Source: an uncultured delta proteobacterium (GTDB lineage: Bacteria > Desulfobacterota > Binatia > UBA9968). Taken from it: DNA of 64,000 nucleotides. The translations under genes and the position numbers were made by a program. The notes below the pieces were generated by a model that had not been told where the DNA came from, searched no databases, and saw only the letters and a program-made list of their open reading frames with translations. The DNA is taken from NCBI GenBank assembly GCA_963745035.1, contig CAVUVW010000017.1:128001-192000 (forward strand), in the 5' to 3' direction. Below are positions 10,816 to 20,940 of this stretch, piece by piece (position 1 is the stretch's first letter; the number at the start of each line of letters is the position of its first letter).

Positions 10816-12052
10816 TTAAGCCGTCGGCTCCACGTTTTCCTTCAAGGGCGGCTTGGCGAGAAACATCAGCAGCAGTCGACAACAAACTCACGACTGCGAA
10901 GATGGTAAACGCGACCGAGTAGCTTTTCGTCAGATCATAAAATAGTCCGGCCACAATCGGCCCGACAAATGTTCCGGCGGTGGTAATAGAACGGCTCACG
11001 CCCTGAATCGTCGCAAACGCCTTGGTACCGAAATAATCGGCGCGAATCGGTTCCTGCAAAGACGCCAATCCGCCGTACGCCAATGAATAGATGATCATAA
11101 ACGCCGTGAAGGCGAACGAGCCAACCACCCAACCCATCGCGCAGACGGAAACGCTTAGCGCCAGCAATAGACTCATGACGAGTTTCCGCTTGTCGAGCAG
11201 GTCGCCCAACCAACCCATGCCGACGCGCGCCGGCGCGCCGATCAACGCCGACACTCCGAGCAAAGTGCTCGCAGCTTCCGTGGACCAGCCACGATCCACC
11301 AGCAGAATGACGAAGTGCACCGACACGCCTTCCGTGACCATATGGCGCAGCGCCATCGCCACCGAAAGAAACCAAAAGGCCTTGAGGCGCAGCACTTCTT
11401 TCAACGTGAACTGTGGATCCGAGGATCGATGCGGGATAGAGCCGCCTCCGGGATGACGCGCCATGGCCAGCTCGCGATCGGTTTCTTCGGCTTGTGCGAT
11501 TCTGTTGATCAGATAAGCGATCGGCAATCCGGCCGTCAAAAGCATCAAGCCCGAAGCCACCGCCGCAGTGCGCCAGCCCCACCACACGATCATGGCCCCG
11601 ACCAGAGGTACGATCGCCCCCGAGAGTCCCGGCCCCATGCGAAAGATTCCGAAGGCGAGACTGCGCCGTTCGTGAAAAATTTTGGCGATGAGCAAGCTGA
11701 TCGGCATGTGGTAGCCGAGACTCGAACCGAGCACGATGCCCAGCACGATCGCGGCATAGAGCATCGGTAATGAGTCGACGAAGCTGAGCGCGATAAACCC
11801 CAGGACGCAGATCACGATGCCGATGTACATGATCCGGCGCGGCCCGACCCGATCGATAAAGTATCCTTCGATGGGCCCCAGCAGTCCGGACTCGATCCGC
11901 GCCAGCGAAAAAGCCCCTGAAATAGCTGTGCGGCTCCATCCGAATTCGCGCTCGAAGGACGGAAAGAACGCGCTCATGCCGAAGTAACTAAACCCGGTGT
12001 TTACTGCGTGGGTAATGCAGCCGAGGATAACGAGCCACCATTTTCGGTCCAT
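10816..12052 (-). CDS. MFS transporter (OFA/MCT-like); frameshift near 3' end
   Basis: About 12 TM; EFGWSR and GYFIDRVGPRR motifs; a natural C-terminus (MFLAKPPLKENVEPTA*) lies in another frame and ends at 10816. Confidence 0.9.
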
Positions 12053-12320
12053 TACAGGTGTGACTTTCAGAGTGTGTCGGCAAACTTACGCAGACTAACG
12101 CATATTTCACGAGCGTGAAAGCCGCGATCTCTTCGATCTCTGGAAACACCCGGTGCGAGCCGGCCGCGCTGCAATAATTATGAGATCGTTGCATTCCGCG
12201 ATGAGAATTGAAAAATGTATGAAGCCGTCCGGCTCGCCGCTCGATCAGGCGCCGGCTGACCACGATGCTGCGCGCATGCGGGAAGCGTCGATTCTAAAAC
12301 GAAATGGAAATTCATCGTAG

Positions 12321-14024
12321 ATGCCGCACAGCGTTACACTGATCAGCACGATCGCCGCCGGGTTGGGCCTCGCGCTCGTCTTTGGCTTTCTCGCCGCGCG
12401 GATCAAGCTTCCGGCGCTGGTCGGTTACCTGATCGCGGGCATCGTCATCGGCCCGGCGACGCCGGGCTTCGTCGCCGATGTCGAGCTGTCGGCGCAGCTC
12501 GCCGAGATCGGCGTCATGCTGTTGATGTTCGGCGTGGGCTTGCATTTTTCGCTGAACGATCTCTTGGCCGTGCGGCGTATTGCCCTTCCCGGCGCCGTTG
12601 TCCAGATTACCGTCGCGACTCTGCTCGGTATCGCAATCACCTCGCTTTGGGGCTGGAGCCTCGCGAGCGGCATCGTCTTCGGACTTGCTTTGTCCGTCGC
12701 CAGCACCGTCGTGCTGTTGAAGGCGCTGGAAAGCCGCGGCGTTCTGGAAACCGTCAACGGCCACATCGCCGTCGGCTGGCTCGTCGTCGAGGATTTGGTA
12801 ACGGTCTTGGTGTTGGTGCTGCTGCCGCCGCTTTCGTTATGGCTCGGCAGCAATGCGCAGGTCGGCGATCGGAGTTTACTGACAACTCTCGCGTTCACCC
12901 TCGGCCAAGTCGCGGTCTTTATCGCGCTCATGCTGGTTGTCGGCCGACGGGTTTTCCCATGGCTGCTCTGGCAGGTTGCCGGCACCGGCTCGCGTGAGCT
13001 TTTTACTTTGTGCGTCGTTGCAGCGGCTCTCGGCATCGCCTACGGTTCCGCCGCGCTGTTCGGCGTCTCCTTTGCCCTCGGCGCTTTCTTCGCCGGCATG
13101 GTCATGAGGGAATCGCCGCTGAGCTACCGCGCCGCTGAAGAATCTTTGCCCCTCAGAGATGCTTTCTCGGTGCTGTTTTTTGTTTCGGTCGGCATGCTGT
13201 TCGACCCCCAGGTGTTGATTCGCGAGCCACTCCACCTTTTGGCCGTTCTCGCCATCATCATCTTCGGCAAATCGCTGGCCGCTTTTTTTCTCGTCCTGCT
13301 GTTCCGTTATCCGCTGAATACCGCGCTCACGGTATCGGCGAGCCTGGCCCAGATCGGCGAGTTCTCCTTCATCTTGGCCGGGCTGGGGGTTCAACTAGGC
13401 CTCATGCCGGAAGAAGGCCAAAGCCTCATTCTCGCAGGAGCCATCATCTCGATCGCGCTCAATCCTCTGGTCTTCCACGCCATCGAGCCGGCGCAGGCAT
13501 GGATTCGCTCGCGCTCCAAGCTCGCGCAAGCCCTGGAGCGCCCGGACGATCCCCTCGCCGTGCTGCCGATGACCGTCGAACTGACCCGCCTCACGGGTCA
13601 CGTCGTTCTGGTCGGCTATGGCCGCGTCGGCCGGCGCATCGGCGACGCGCTCACCGCCAACGGCATCTCTTTCGTCGTCGCTGAGGAGAATCGGGAAATC
13701 GTCGAGAAGCTGCGGGCAAGCAATATGCCGGCTGTCTCCGGCGACGCCGCCGATCCAAACGTGTTGATCCAGGCCCACGTGCACCGCGCGCGCATGCTGG
13801 TGATCGCTACACCCGACACGCTCGATGTCCGGCGCATGATCGAGATCGCGCGCACGGTCAACCCGCGCATCGAGACCGTCGTGCGCACCCACAGCGAAGA
13901 AGAAGCTGTGCTGCTCGAACAGGAAAACGCCGGCAAAGTATTTCTCGGTGAGCACGAACTTGCCGGCAGCATCATCGCACACGTCCTCGGCCGTTACGCC
14001 GGCGGAGAGCAGCGGCGCCGCTAG
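12321..14024 (+). CDS. ybaL: YbaL/RosB-like CPA2 cation:proton antiporter with TrkA-N domain
   Basis: LAEIGVMLLMFGVGLHFS, LAQIGEFSFILA and C-terminal VGYGRVG motifs. Confidence 0.92.
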   Translation: MPHSVTLISTIAAGLGLALVFGFLAARIKLPALVGYLIAGIVIGPATPGFVADVELSAQLAEIGVMLLMFGVGLHFSLNDLLAVRRIALPGAVVQITVATLLGIAITSLWGWSLASGIVFGLALSVASTVVLLKALESRGVLETVNGHIAVGWLVVEDLVTVLVLVLLPPLSLWLGSNAQVGDRSLLTTLAFTLGQVAVFIALMLVVGRRVFPWLLWQVAGTGSRELFTLCVVAAALGIAYGSAALFGVSFALGAFFAGMVMRESPLSYRAAEESLPLRDAFSVLFFVSVGMLFDPQVLIREPLHLLAVLAIIIFGKSLAAFFLVLLFRYPLNTALTVSASLAQIGEFSFILAGLGVQLGLMPEEGQSLILAGAIISIALNPLVFHAIEPAQAWIRSRSKLAQALERPDDPLAVLPMTVELTRLTGHVVLVGYGRVGRRIGDALTANGISFVVAEENREIVEKLRASNMPAVSGDAADPNVLIQAHVHRARMLVIATPDTLDVRRMIEIARTVNPRIETVVRTHSEEEAVLLEQENAGKVFLGEHELAGSIIAHVLGRYAGGEQRRR

Positions 14025-14072
14025 GGAAGCTCCCTAAGCGGCGCATTCGAGCGCTAAGCAAGCGCGAACGCC

Positions 14073-14101
14073 TTGCCACGCGGCATTGCCGTCTGTAGAA
14101 T
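14073..14101 (+). promoter_or_regulatory. sigma70-like promoter
   Basis: TTGCCA-N17-TAGAAT upstream of the dipeptidase gene. Confidence 0.55.
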
Positions 14102-14144
14102 CGTTGAGAGTCGGTGAATTTCGTCGAAGAGTTTGCTTCTGTTC

Positions 14145-15443
14145 ATGAGCACCGCCGGACGTCGCATATCAAACGACAAAAAAACAAAGGGAGACGACCC
14201 GCTACGGCAAGCGCGCGCGATTCACGAGAGAGTCATCACCCTCGACAGCCACATCGATTTCACCGCGGCCGATCTCACGAGCGAGCGAAACTACACGCAG
14301 CGTCTCGAGACGCAGTTCAATTTGCCGAACATGATTGATGGCGGGCTCGATGGACTCTTCTTCGTCATCTACGTCGGCCAAACCAGAGAATCGCAGAATC
14401 CGGAAGCGCTCAAACCCGCCAGCTACGAGCGCGCCTACAAGCTCGCCATCGAGAAATTCGACGCGGTTCATCGCTTCGCCCGCGAGATCGCGCCGGCCGC
14501 GCTGGAGTTGGCGCTCACCTCCGACGACGTGCGTCGGCTCGGCTCCCAAGGAAAGAAAATTGCTCTGATCGGCGTGGAGAACGGCTACCCGCTCGGCGAC
14601 GACGTCGCGCGCGTCGAGGAATTCTACGACCGCGGCGCCCGCTACCTCTCCCTCACCCACAACGGCCACAATCAACTCGCCGACTCGCACACCGGCGAGC
14701 GCGACGGCTGGAAGTGGAATGGCGTTTCGCCGCTCGGCAGAGAGGTCATCGCCGAGATGAATCGGCTCGGCATCATGGTGGACGTCTCGCACGCTTCCAA
14801 AGAGGCGATGATGCAAACCGCCGCGCTGTCCAAAGCGCCGATCATCGCGTCCCACTCCGGCGTAAGGGCGCTCTGCGACGTGAGCCGCAACATGGACGAC
14901 GAGCAGCTTCGCGCGCTCCAAGAAACCGGTGGTGTTTTCCATGCCGTCGCCTACGACGGCTTCGTGAAGAAAGTGAAAACCGATTCACCCGAACGAGCCG
15001 CCGCCCTCGCTGCGGTACGGCGAGAATTCGAGCTTCCGGATTTCAATCACCCAGGTCAACGCGCGCGGTTTCACTCCGCGTTCAAGCGACTCCCCGACGA
15101 GCGCCGCGCCGAATACGAGTCGAAGCTTGCCGAGATCGACAAGCAGCACCCCGGCGACCCGCCCGTCAATCTCAAAGACTTCGTCGACCACATCGACTAC
15201 GCCGTCAAACTCATCGGCATCGATCACGTCGGCATCTCGTCCGATTTTGACGGCGGCGGCGGCATAGCCGGCTGGAACGACGCCAGCGAAACGTTCAACG
15301 TAACCTTGGAACTGGTCCGCCGCGGCTACACCGAAGAACAAATCGAAAAACTCTGGAGCGGCAATCTGCTGCGTGTCATGGATCAAGTCGAACGCCTGGC
15401 GGCCGACCTCAGGAATAAACCGAACGCTGCTCAGTCGGACTGA
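14145..15443 (+). CDS. membrane dipeptidase (peptidase M19)
   Basis: DSHID, GVENG, LTHNGHN, DVSH, ASHSG and SSDFDGGG motifs. Confidence 0.93.
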   Translation: MSTAGRRISNDKKTKGDDPLRQARAIHERVITLDSHIDFTAADLTSERNYTQRLETQFNLPNMIDGGLDGLFFVIYVGQTRESQNPEALKPASYERAYKLAIEKFDAVHRFAREIAPAALELALTSDDVRRLGSQGKKIALIGVENGYPLGDDVARVEEFYDRGARYLSLTHNGHNQLADSHTGERDGWKWNGVSPLGREVIAEMNRLGIMVDVSHASKEAMMQTAALSKAPIIASHSGVRALCDVSRNMDDEQLRALQETGGVFHAVAYDGFVKKVKTDSPERAAALAAVRREFELPDFNHPGQRARFHSAFKRLPDERRAEYESKLAEIDKQHPGDPPVNLKDFVDHIDYAVKLIGIDHVGISSDFDGGGGIAGWNDASETFNVTLELVRRGYTEEQIEKLWSGNLLRVMDQVERLAADLRNKPNAAQSD

Positions 15444-15456
15444 AAAAGGACCTATC

Positions 15457-15870
15457 ATGACAATTCGAAGCTTTGATCACGTTGCGATCCCGATCGAGAA
15501 TACCGACGCGATGCTGGCGTTCTACCGGGCGCTGGGATTCGGCGTTAATGAGCGGGAGCACTTTTACTCGGTCCACTTCGGGGATCAGAAGATCAATTTT
15601 CATGCACCGGCACGATGGCAGAGCGGTCGCTTCACCCTACGCGGGCCGACCGCCGTGCCCGGCTGCGGCGACTTTTGTTTCGTATGGGAGGGTTCGGTCG
15701 AGTCGCTACGAGCGATGCTCGATCAAGCCGGCGCCACGATCATCGAAGGTCCGATAGAACGGCAAGGCGGCCGCGACGGCGGCCGAGCGAAGGGCACGAG
15801 CCTGTACGTACGCGATCCCGACTCGAATCTTTTGGAATTCATGATCTATTCGGAGGGAGCGTCGGTGTAA
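15457..15870 (+). CDS. VOC/glyoxalase family protein
   Basis: FDHVAI, QKINFH and SLYVRDPDSNLLE motifs; AAGGA RBS. Confidence 0.9.
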   Translation: MTIRSFDHVAIPIENTDAMLAFYRALGFGVNEREHFYSVHFGDQKINFHAPARWQSGRFTLRGPTAVPGCGDFCFVWEGSVESLRAMLDQAGATIIEGPIERQGGRDGGRAKGTSLYVRDPDSNLLEFMIYSEGASV

Positions 15871-15917
15871 CATGATGCTCAAGGAACCATGATCTATTTG
15901 AGCAAGAGACTGAAACC

Positions 15918-17081
15918 ATGAAGCACAGCACGGAACGCATACTCGCCACCCACTGCGGCAGTTTGGCACGGCCCAAGGATCTGCTCGATCTTATGAAAGC
16001 CAAGCTCAACAACGAGCCGTACGACTATGAAGTCTACGAGAAGCGGGTTCAGCGTGGGGTAGCGGACATTGTCCGCAAGCAAGTCGAGAGAGGCATCGAC
16101 GTTGTCACTGACGGCGAGCAAAGCAAGCCGGGGTTCTTTGCTTATGTGCGCGAGCGGCTGAGCGGCTTCGAAGCGAAGACGCCGACCCCCGGCGGTTGGA
16201 AACAGTGGGCAGCGGAAGTCGCGGCGTTTCCTGAGTATTACGAAAATTACTTTAGCCGGCGCATGATGGGCGGCAGCATCGCGCCGCGCACGCCGATGGT
16301 ATGCACCGGCCCGATCAGCTATCGCGGCCGGGACGCGATTCGAAAGGACATTGAGAATCTCAAAGCGGCACTGGTCGGATTGCAAACCGAGGACGTCTTC
16401 ATGCCCGCTGTGGCGCCGAGCGGAGTCGGAACCAACGAATATTACCGCAGCGATGAAGAATATCTGCAGGCCGTCGGTGACGCGTTGCGCACCGAATATC
16501 AGGCCATCGTCGATGCCGGTTTTATCCTGCAGATCGACGACCCGTGGCTCACGGAGATACACAGCCAGGATCCAACGATGAGCTTGGCCGAGCGGCGCAA
16601 GATCGCAGAACGATCCATCGAAGCGCTCAATCATGCGCTCCGCGGTATCCCGCCCGAGAAGGTGCGCTTCCACACTTGCTACGGCATCAACGAAGGCCCG
16701 CGGGTACATGACGCGCCGCTGAAGGACATCGTGGATCTCATCTTGAAAGTGAACGCTGGCGCCTATGCCTTCGAAGCCGCCAATCCGCGCCACGAGCACG
16801 AGTATCATGTGTGGGAAACCGCGAAGTTGCCGGCAGGCAAAGTGTTGATTCCGGGGGTCATCACCCACGCGAGCAACATCGTCGAACATCCGGAGCTTAT
16901 TGCCGAGCGAATCATGCGCTACGCGAAACTGGTCGGCCGCGAAAACGTGATCGCGGGAAGTGACTGCGGCTTTTCATCTCAGGCAACTTACAACCCTGAA
17001 GTTCACCCGAGCGTAGTGTGGGCAAAATTCCAAGCAATGGCCGAAGGCTGCCGCTTGGCGACCCAGCGGCTCTGGCGCTAA
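15918..17081 (+). CDS. cobalamin-independent methionine synthase II family (MetE C-terminal-like) protein
   Basis: THCGSLARP, VTDGEQ, QIDDP, HTC and DCG Zn-ligand motifs. Confidence 0.92.
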   Translation: MKHSTERILATHCGSLARPKDLLDLMKAKLNNEPYDYEVYEKRVQRGVADIVRKQVERGIDVVTDGEQSKPGFFAYVRERLSGFEAKTPTPGGWKQWAAEVAAFPEYYENYFSRRMMGGSIAPRTPMVCTGPISYRGRDAIRKDIENLKAALVGLQTEDVFMPAVAPSGVGTNEYYRSDEEYLQAVGDALRTEYQAIVDAGFILQIDDPWLTEIHSQDPTMSLAERRKIAERSIEALNHALRGIPPEKVRFHTCYGINEGPRVHDAPLKDIVDLILKVNAGAYAFEAANPRHEHEYHVWETAKLPAGKVLIPGVITHASNIVEHPELIAERIMRYAKLVGRENVIAGSDCGFSSQATYNPEVHPSVVWAKFQAMAEGCRLATQRLWR

Positions 17082-17202
17082 TGCTTCGTCCAACCGCTTG
17101 ACTCCTCGTCTGACGGAGCTTCACCGCAATCACTTCCTCGATCGCCGCGCGCAGAACGTTTAGCGTCTTGCGCGTGAGAACTCCGATGCAATAATCGGAA
17201 TC

Positions 17203-17593
17203 ATGGCAATTCGCGTCGTGCGGCTGGGAACGGCCCGCCGGAGAAAGGAAGGACTTCGCATCGGCACCGTACGCCGGCCGCCCCGCGGTGTTCGCAAAGC
17301 AAGATTACGCGAAACGTAACTACTTCGATGTCTGGCTTCCGGAGCTGGCGCCTAGCGCGCCGCTTGTATCATGGTTGTTTTCGGAACCGATCACGCCAGG
17401 CCGCTGGGCGCTCTACACAAAGCGCTATCGGAAGGAAATGCGTGAGCCGGCGGCGAGCCGTTTGATCGCGCTTCTCGCTGCCCTGTCATCGCAAACCAAT
17501 TTTTCAGTCGGCTGCTACTGTGAAGACGAGAGTCACTGCCATCGGTCGATACTAAAGAAACTCTTGCTCCATCGACGAGCAAAGATAATCTAA
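17203..17593 (+). CDS. DUF488 family protein (one frameshift)
   Basis: MAIRVVRLG...GTVRRPPRGV joined to DVWLPELAPS...GCYCEDESHCHRS. Confidence 0.85.
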
Positions 17594-17648
17594 TCTCCTC
17601 GAACCCGTGGGCACGGCGTCTTACATTATTTTCCTGTCCTCAATAAAC

Positions 17649-17674
17649 CAAGAGCGCAGCATGCTGCGCTCTTG
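17649..17674. terminator. perfect palindrome between convergent genes
   Basis: caagagcgcagca/tgctgcgctcttg, next to a (TGCCTAT)-type heptamer run at 17678-17707. Confidence 0.55.
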
Positions 17675-17711
17675 AACTGTTGCCGACTGCCTGTTGCCTA
17701 TTGCCTAGTCA

Positions 17712-18729
17712 CTATTCATCCAGCCACATGAGCTTCGGCGGGATTGTCTTTCAGCATCATCTTCACCTCGTCCGGTTTGATGCCGAAGCCGAGCAGCGCA
17801 CGGATAAAAACCCGCATGCCGTCGACGGCGTCCATGTGCAGCACCTGGCCGAAGTCGCTGCCGATGATGCAGCGGTCGGGGCCGATTTCTTTGATCGTGC
17901 GGATGGTTTCCATCGGATCGGCGACCGGCTGATACAAGCTCGGGATCATCGGCTGGCAATACGTGCCGACGTAGACGCCGAGGTCGCGCAGCTGCTTCAT
18001 CTCGTCGAGCAGAAGCTTGTTCAGTTCCAAGAGCGGATGATCCAAGGTCGCGCGCACGCCGACTTCTTTGGCCAAGCGCGCCAGCGGCAGCAGCTCTTCG
18101 AAATCGGTATGGCCGAAGCCGATGCCGACTTTCTTCTCCGCCGCCATTTCCATGATCTGTTTCACTTCCGGGAGCACTTTGCCGTCCTCACTGCACAGCC
18201 GCACGCCTTCATGGTCCGGATGGCCGGCGCCGCGCCAGAAACCGTATGAGGTGAACGTCGGAAACCAGATCATTTTGAAGTTCGGATACTGCAAGCCGAC
18301 GCGGACGTACTCCGGGCGCATGCCGAAGCACATGCCGACGCCGCCGTAGACTTCGACTCGATGGCTCAGCTCGCCGCGCGCGATCATGTCGTCGATGTGA
18401 CGCTGGGTCAGATAGGCCGACGTCGCGCTGATGTTCCAGTGATCTTTGAAGGCGATCGCGCGCATGCCGCACTTGGACGCCTCGATGGCGATCTGGATCA
18501 TGTCCTGCGAGCGGTGCACGAAGTCGGGAAACGCGTGGATGTGGCAATCGATGGCGCCTTCCAGCAATTCGTTTTCGATCCCCGGATAGATCTTCAGCAT
18601 CTCCGGGTTGTCTTTCAGCATCTGATAAAAATAGTCCTTGGCGTTGAGCTCGCGCACCCGCGCGACGGTCAACGTGCGGCCCACCATCAACTCCTCGGCG
18701 GCCTTCGCATCCGCGGCAAAATCACACAT
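17712..18729 (-). CDS. DUF6282-like amidohydrolase-fold metalloprotein (3' frameshift)
   Basis: IDCHIH, KDH, IWFPT, GFGH, DHP and GSDFGQ motifs; likely true end DNPAKLMWLDE*. Confidence 0.8.
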
Positions 18730-18756
18730 GGAAATTTCTCCTCCCGTCAAAATTTC

Positions 18757-18836
18757 GGTTCAACGTTCCAGGTTCAATGTTAAGACCGGTTCAGAATGCT
18801 TCGTCTGACTTTGAACCTTGAACGTTGAACCTTGAA
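18757..18836. repeat. heptamer-period inverted repeat (GTTCAAC / TTGAACC)
   Basis: ggttcaacgttccaggttcaatgtt ... ttgaaccttgaacgttgaaccttgaa. Confidence 0.75.
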
Positions 18837-18841
18837 ACCAC

Positions 18842-19843
18842 TTATGCATTTCCCCACGCTTCTAAGAACCGTCGCGCGTCTTCGACCACCGGCTCGGTCA
18901 CCGGCACGTAAGGAATCACCATCCGCGTCGCGCCCGCTTCTTCGAAGGCCTTCATCTTGTCCTTGATCTCGCGCACGTCGCTTGCCGGCACCACCGGCAG
19001 CTTGTCCATGTACTCGTCGGTGAGCGCGCCCATGGCCGCCTTGAAGCCGCCTTTCTGAAAGGCTTCGTGGATCGCGTTAACTTCTTTTTCGAAGCCCATG
19101 CCGCGCAGCATGTCGCTGTAATGATCGGCGATATTGTAGAAGGTCAGCACCTGGCGCAGCTTGGCGCGCGCAAGATTCTTGTCCGGATTGAGCGACACCC
19201 GCGACTTGGCGATGATCTCGATCTTGCTCGGGTCGCGTCCCGCTTCGACGGCACCCTCGCGCACCCGCGCGGCGATCTCTTTGACCTTCTCCGGCGTCGC
19301 CATATTGATGAACACGCCGTCGGAAATCTTGCCGACGAGCTTGGTCATCTGCGGCCCGAGGCCGGCAAGATAAACCGGCAGATCGGGATGACTCGGCTTC
19401 CACGACAGTTGAAAGCGTTTGCCGGTGTTGTAGATCTCGCCCTCGTACTCGACCCGCTCGCCGGCAGCGACTTTGCGCACGATGTCGATGTACTCGCGCG
19501 CTCTCTTCAGAGGACGATCGAACACGCCGCCGTGCCAGCCGGCAATCGCTTTGTTGGCGACGCCGAGGCCGAGCAGCAGCCGCCCACCGGAAAGATCCTG
19601 CAAGGTCGCCGACTGAATTCCCAACGTCACCGGGCTCCGGCCGTAAATGTGGTAGATCGCCGTGCCGAGCTTGATCGTCTTGGTGCGGCTCGCCACCGCC
19701 GAGAGCATGACGAGCGGGTCGGTGCTGTTCGATTCGCCCTTCCAGAACGCGCCGAAACCGACTTGCTCGGCCAAGACCACCAGCCCCGGCACATCGGCCG
19801 CCGGATAGTGCGCCGCCGAATTGATTTCCACGTCATAGATCAT
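18842..19843 (-). CDS. LLM-class flavin/F420-dependent oxidoreductase
   Basis: TKTIKLGTAI, LSGGRLLLGLG and VYLAGLGPQM motifs. Confidence 0.9.
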   Translation of the reverse strand: MIYDVEINSAAHYPAADVPGLVVLAEQVGFGAFWKGESNSTDPLVMLSAVASRTKTIKLGTAIYHIYGRSPVTLGIQSATLQDLSGGRLLLGLGVANKAIAGWHGGVFDRPLKRAREYIDIVRKVAAGERVEYEGEIYNTGKRFQLSWKPSHPDLPVYLAGLGPQMTKLVGKISDGVFINMATPEKVKEIAARVREGAVEAGRDPSKIEIIAKSRVSLNPDKNLARAKLRQVLTFYNIADHYSDMLRGMGFEKEVNAIHEAFQKGGFKAAMGALTDEYMDKLPVVPASDVREIKDKMKAFEEAGATRMVIPYVPVTEPVVEDARRFLEAWGNA

Positions 19844-19962
19844 TTCAGGTGGCTCCTCTGATTTCTTGAAACGCTGAATGTCGAGCGCCGAAAACGTTCG
19901 TAAACTAGCCAGCGGTCCCGTCTAAGTCAAACCGCGACCATTTGGACAGGTTGAGACAGGCT

Positions 19963-20940
19963 TCAGGGCTGGACCGCCTTGGCTTTTTGCGCCAGGCCGT
20001 CGAGCTCCTGTTTCAATTTTTGGCTGCGGTCGATGAATTCGTCGATGGAGCTGGTCGGCAGCCATGCCGCGTCGATCGGTTTGACGACGCCGGTGAACTC
20101 CATGACGTTGGAGAATTTGCTCCGGCCGGCGAAATCGGAGATCGCGCTGACGCCGGCGATCGCCGCGCTCACCGAAAGCGCCGCCCACAGACGCGAACGG
20201 CGGCGCAAGGTCGAGGCGAATTTGAGATGACCGTAGACTAATGCCGCCATCACCACCGCGGAGCCGAAAAGACCGGCAATCCAAAGCGTCGGAATAAACG
20301 GCCAGAGAAACTCCAGCCATTCGGAAAAAAAGCCCAGCAGGAAAAAGCCGACAATGGCGCCGCAGGCGATGGTGACATGCTGGGGGAAATGAGAACGGCT
20401 CACCACCACTCGGCTCGCCAGCGCCCACAGGCCGGCCCAAACGAGCAGCATGGCAAAGGTCGTGAGCGGCTCGGTAACGATGGCGGCGACGGTGGCGCGC
20501 TCGATGGTCGTCAAATAAGCGTCGAGGCAAAGCAGCAGGAAAACTGCCGCGCCGACGGCGACCGCGGCGGAGGGCGAATTGAGCCACAACCGCTTGCTTT
20601 CGCGATCCACCAACGTCGGCGCCATCGGATGATCGACGGCGCGGTAGCGCAGCTGGGTGTGGCCGATGCGGAACGGACTACCTGACTGAATTTCCAGGCT
20701 CGGCGCAGGCGCGTCCCGCGCCTCGGCGCGCAAACCGTTGACGCTCTCCAGATCGCGCGCGATCAGCCGGCCGCGTTCGTCGGGCGCGATTTCGAGATGC
20801 ATCGGACAGACGTAGGGATCGCCGAGAATCACGTGATTGGTATAGGCCCGGCCGATGCGAATCGGGAAAGATTCGATCGCAACGCGCTCGCTGACCGCGC
20901 CCTTGCCGTCGAGGACTTCGATGTAGCCTAACGGCGCCAT
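19963..20940 (-). CDS. FHA-domain membrane protein
   Basis: IGRAYTNHVIL...H...DLESVNG FHA signature followed by several TM helices. Confidence 0.88.
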   Translation of the reverse strand: MAPLGYIEVLDGKGAVSERVAIESFPIRIGRAYTNHVILGDPYVCPMHLEIAPDERGRLIARDLESVNGLRAEARDAPAPSLEIQSGSPFRIGHTQLRYRAVDHPMAPTLVDRESKRLWLNSPSAAVAVGAAVFLLLCLDAYLTTIERATVAAIVTEPLTTFAMLLVWAGLWALASRVVVSRSHFPQHVTIACGAIVGFFLLGFFSEWLEFLWPFIPTLWIAGLFGSAVVMAALVYGHLKFASTLRRRSRLWAALSVSAAIAGVSAISDFAGRSKFSNVMEFTGVVKPIDAAWLPTSSIDEFIDRSQKLKQELDGLAQKAKAVQP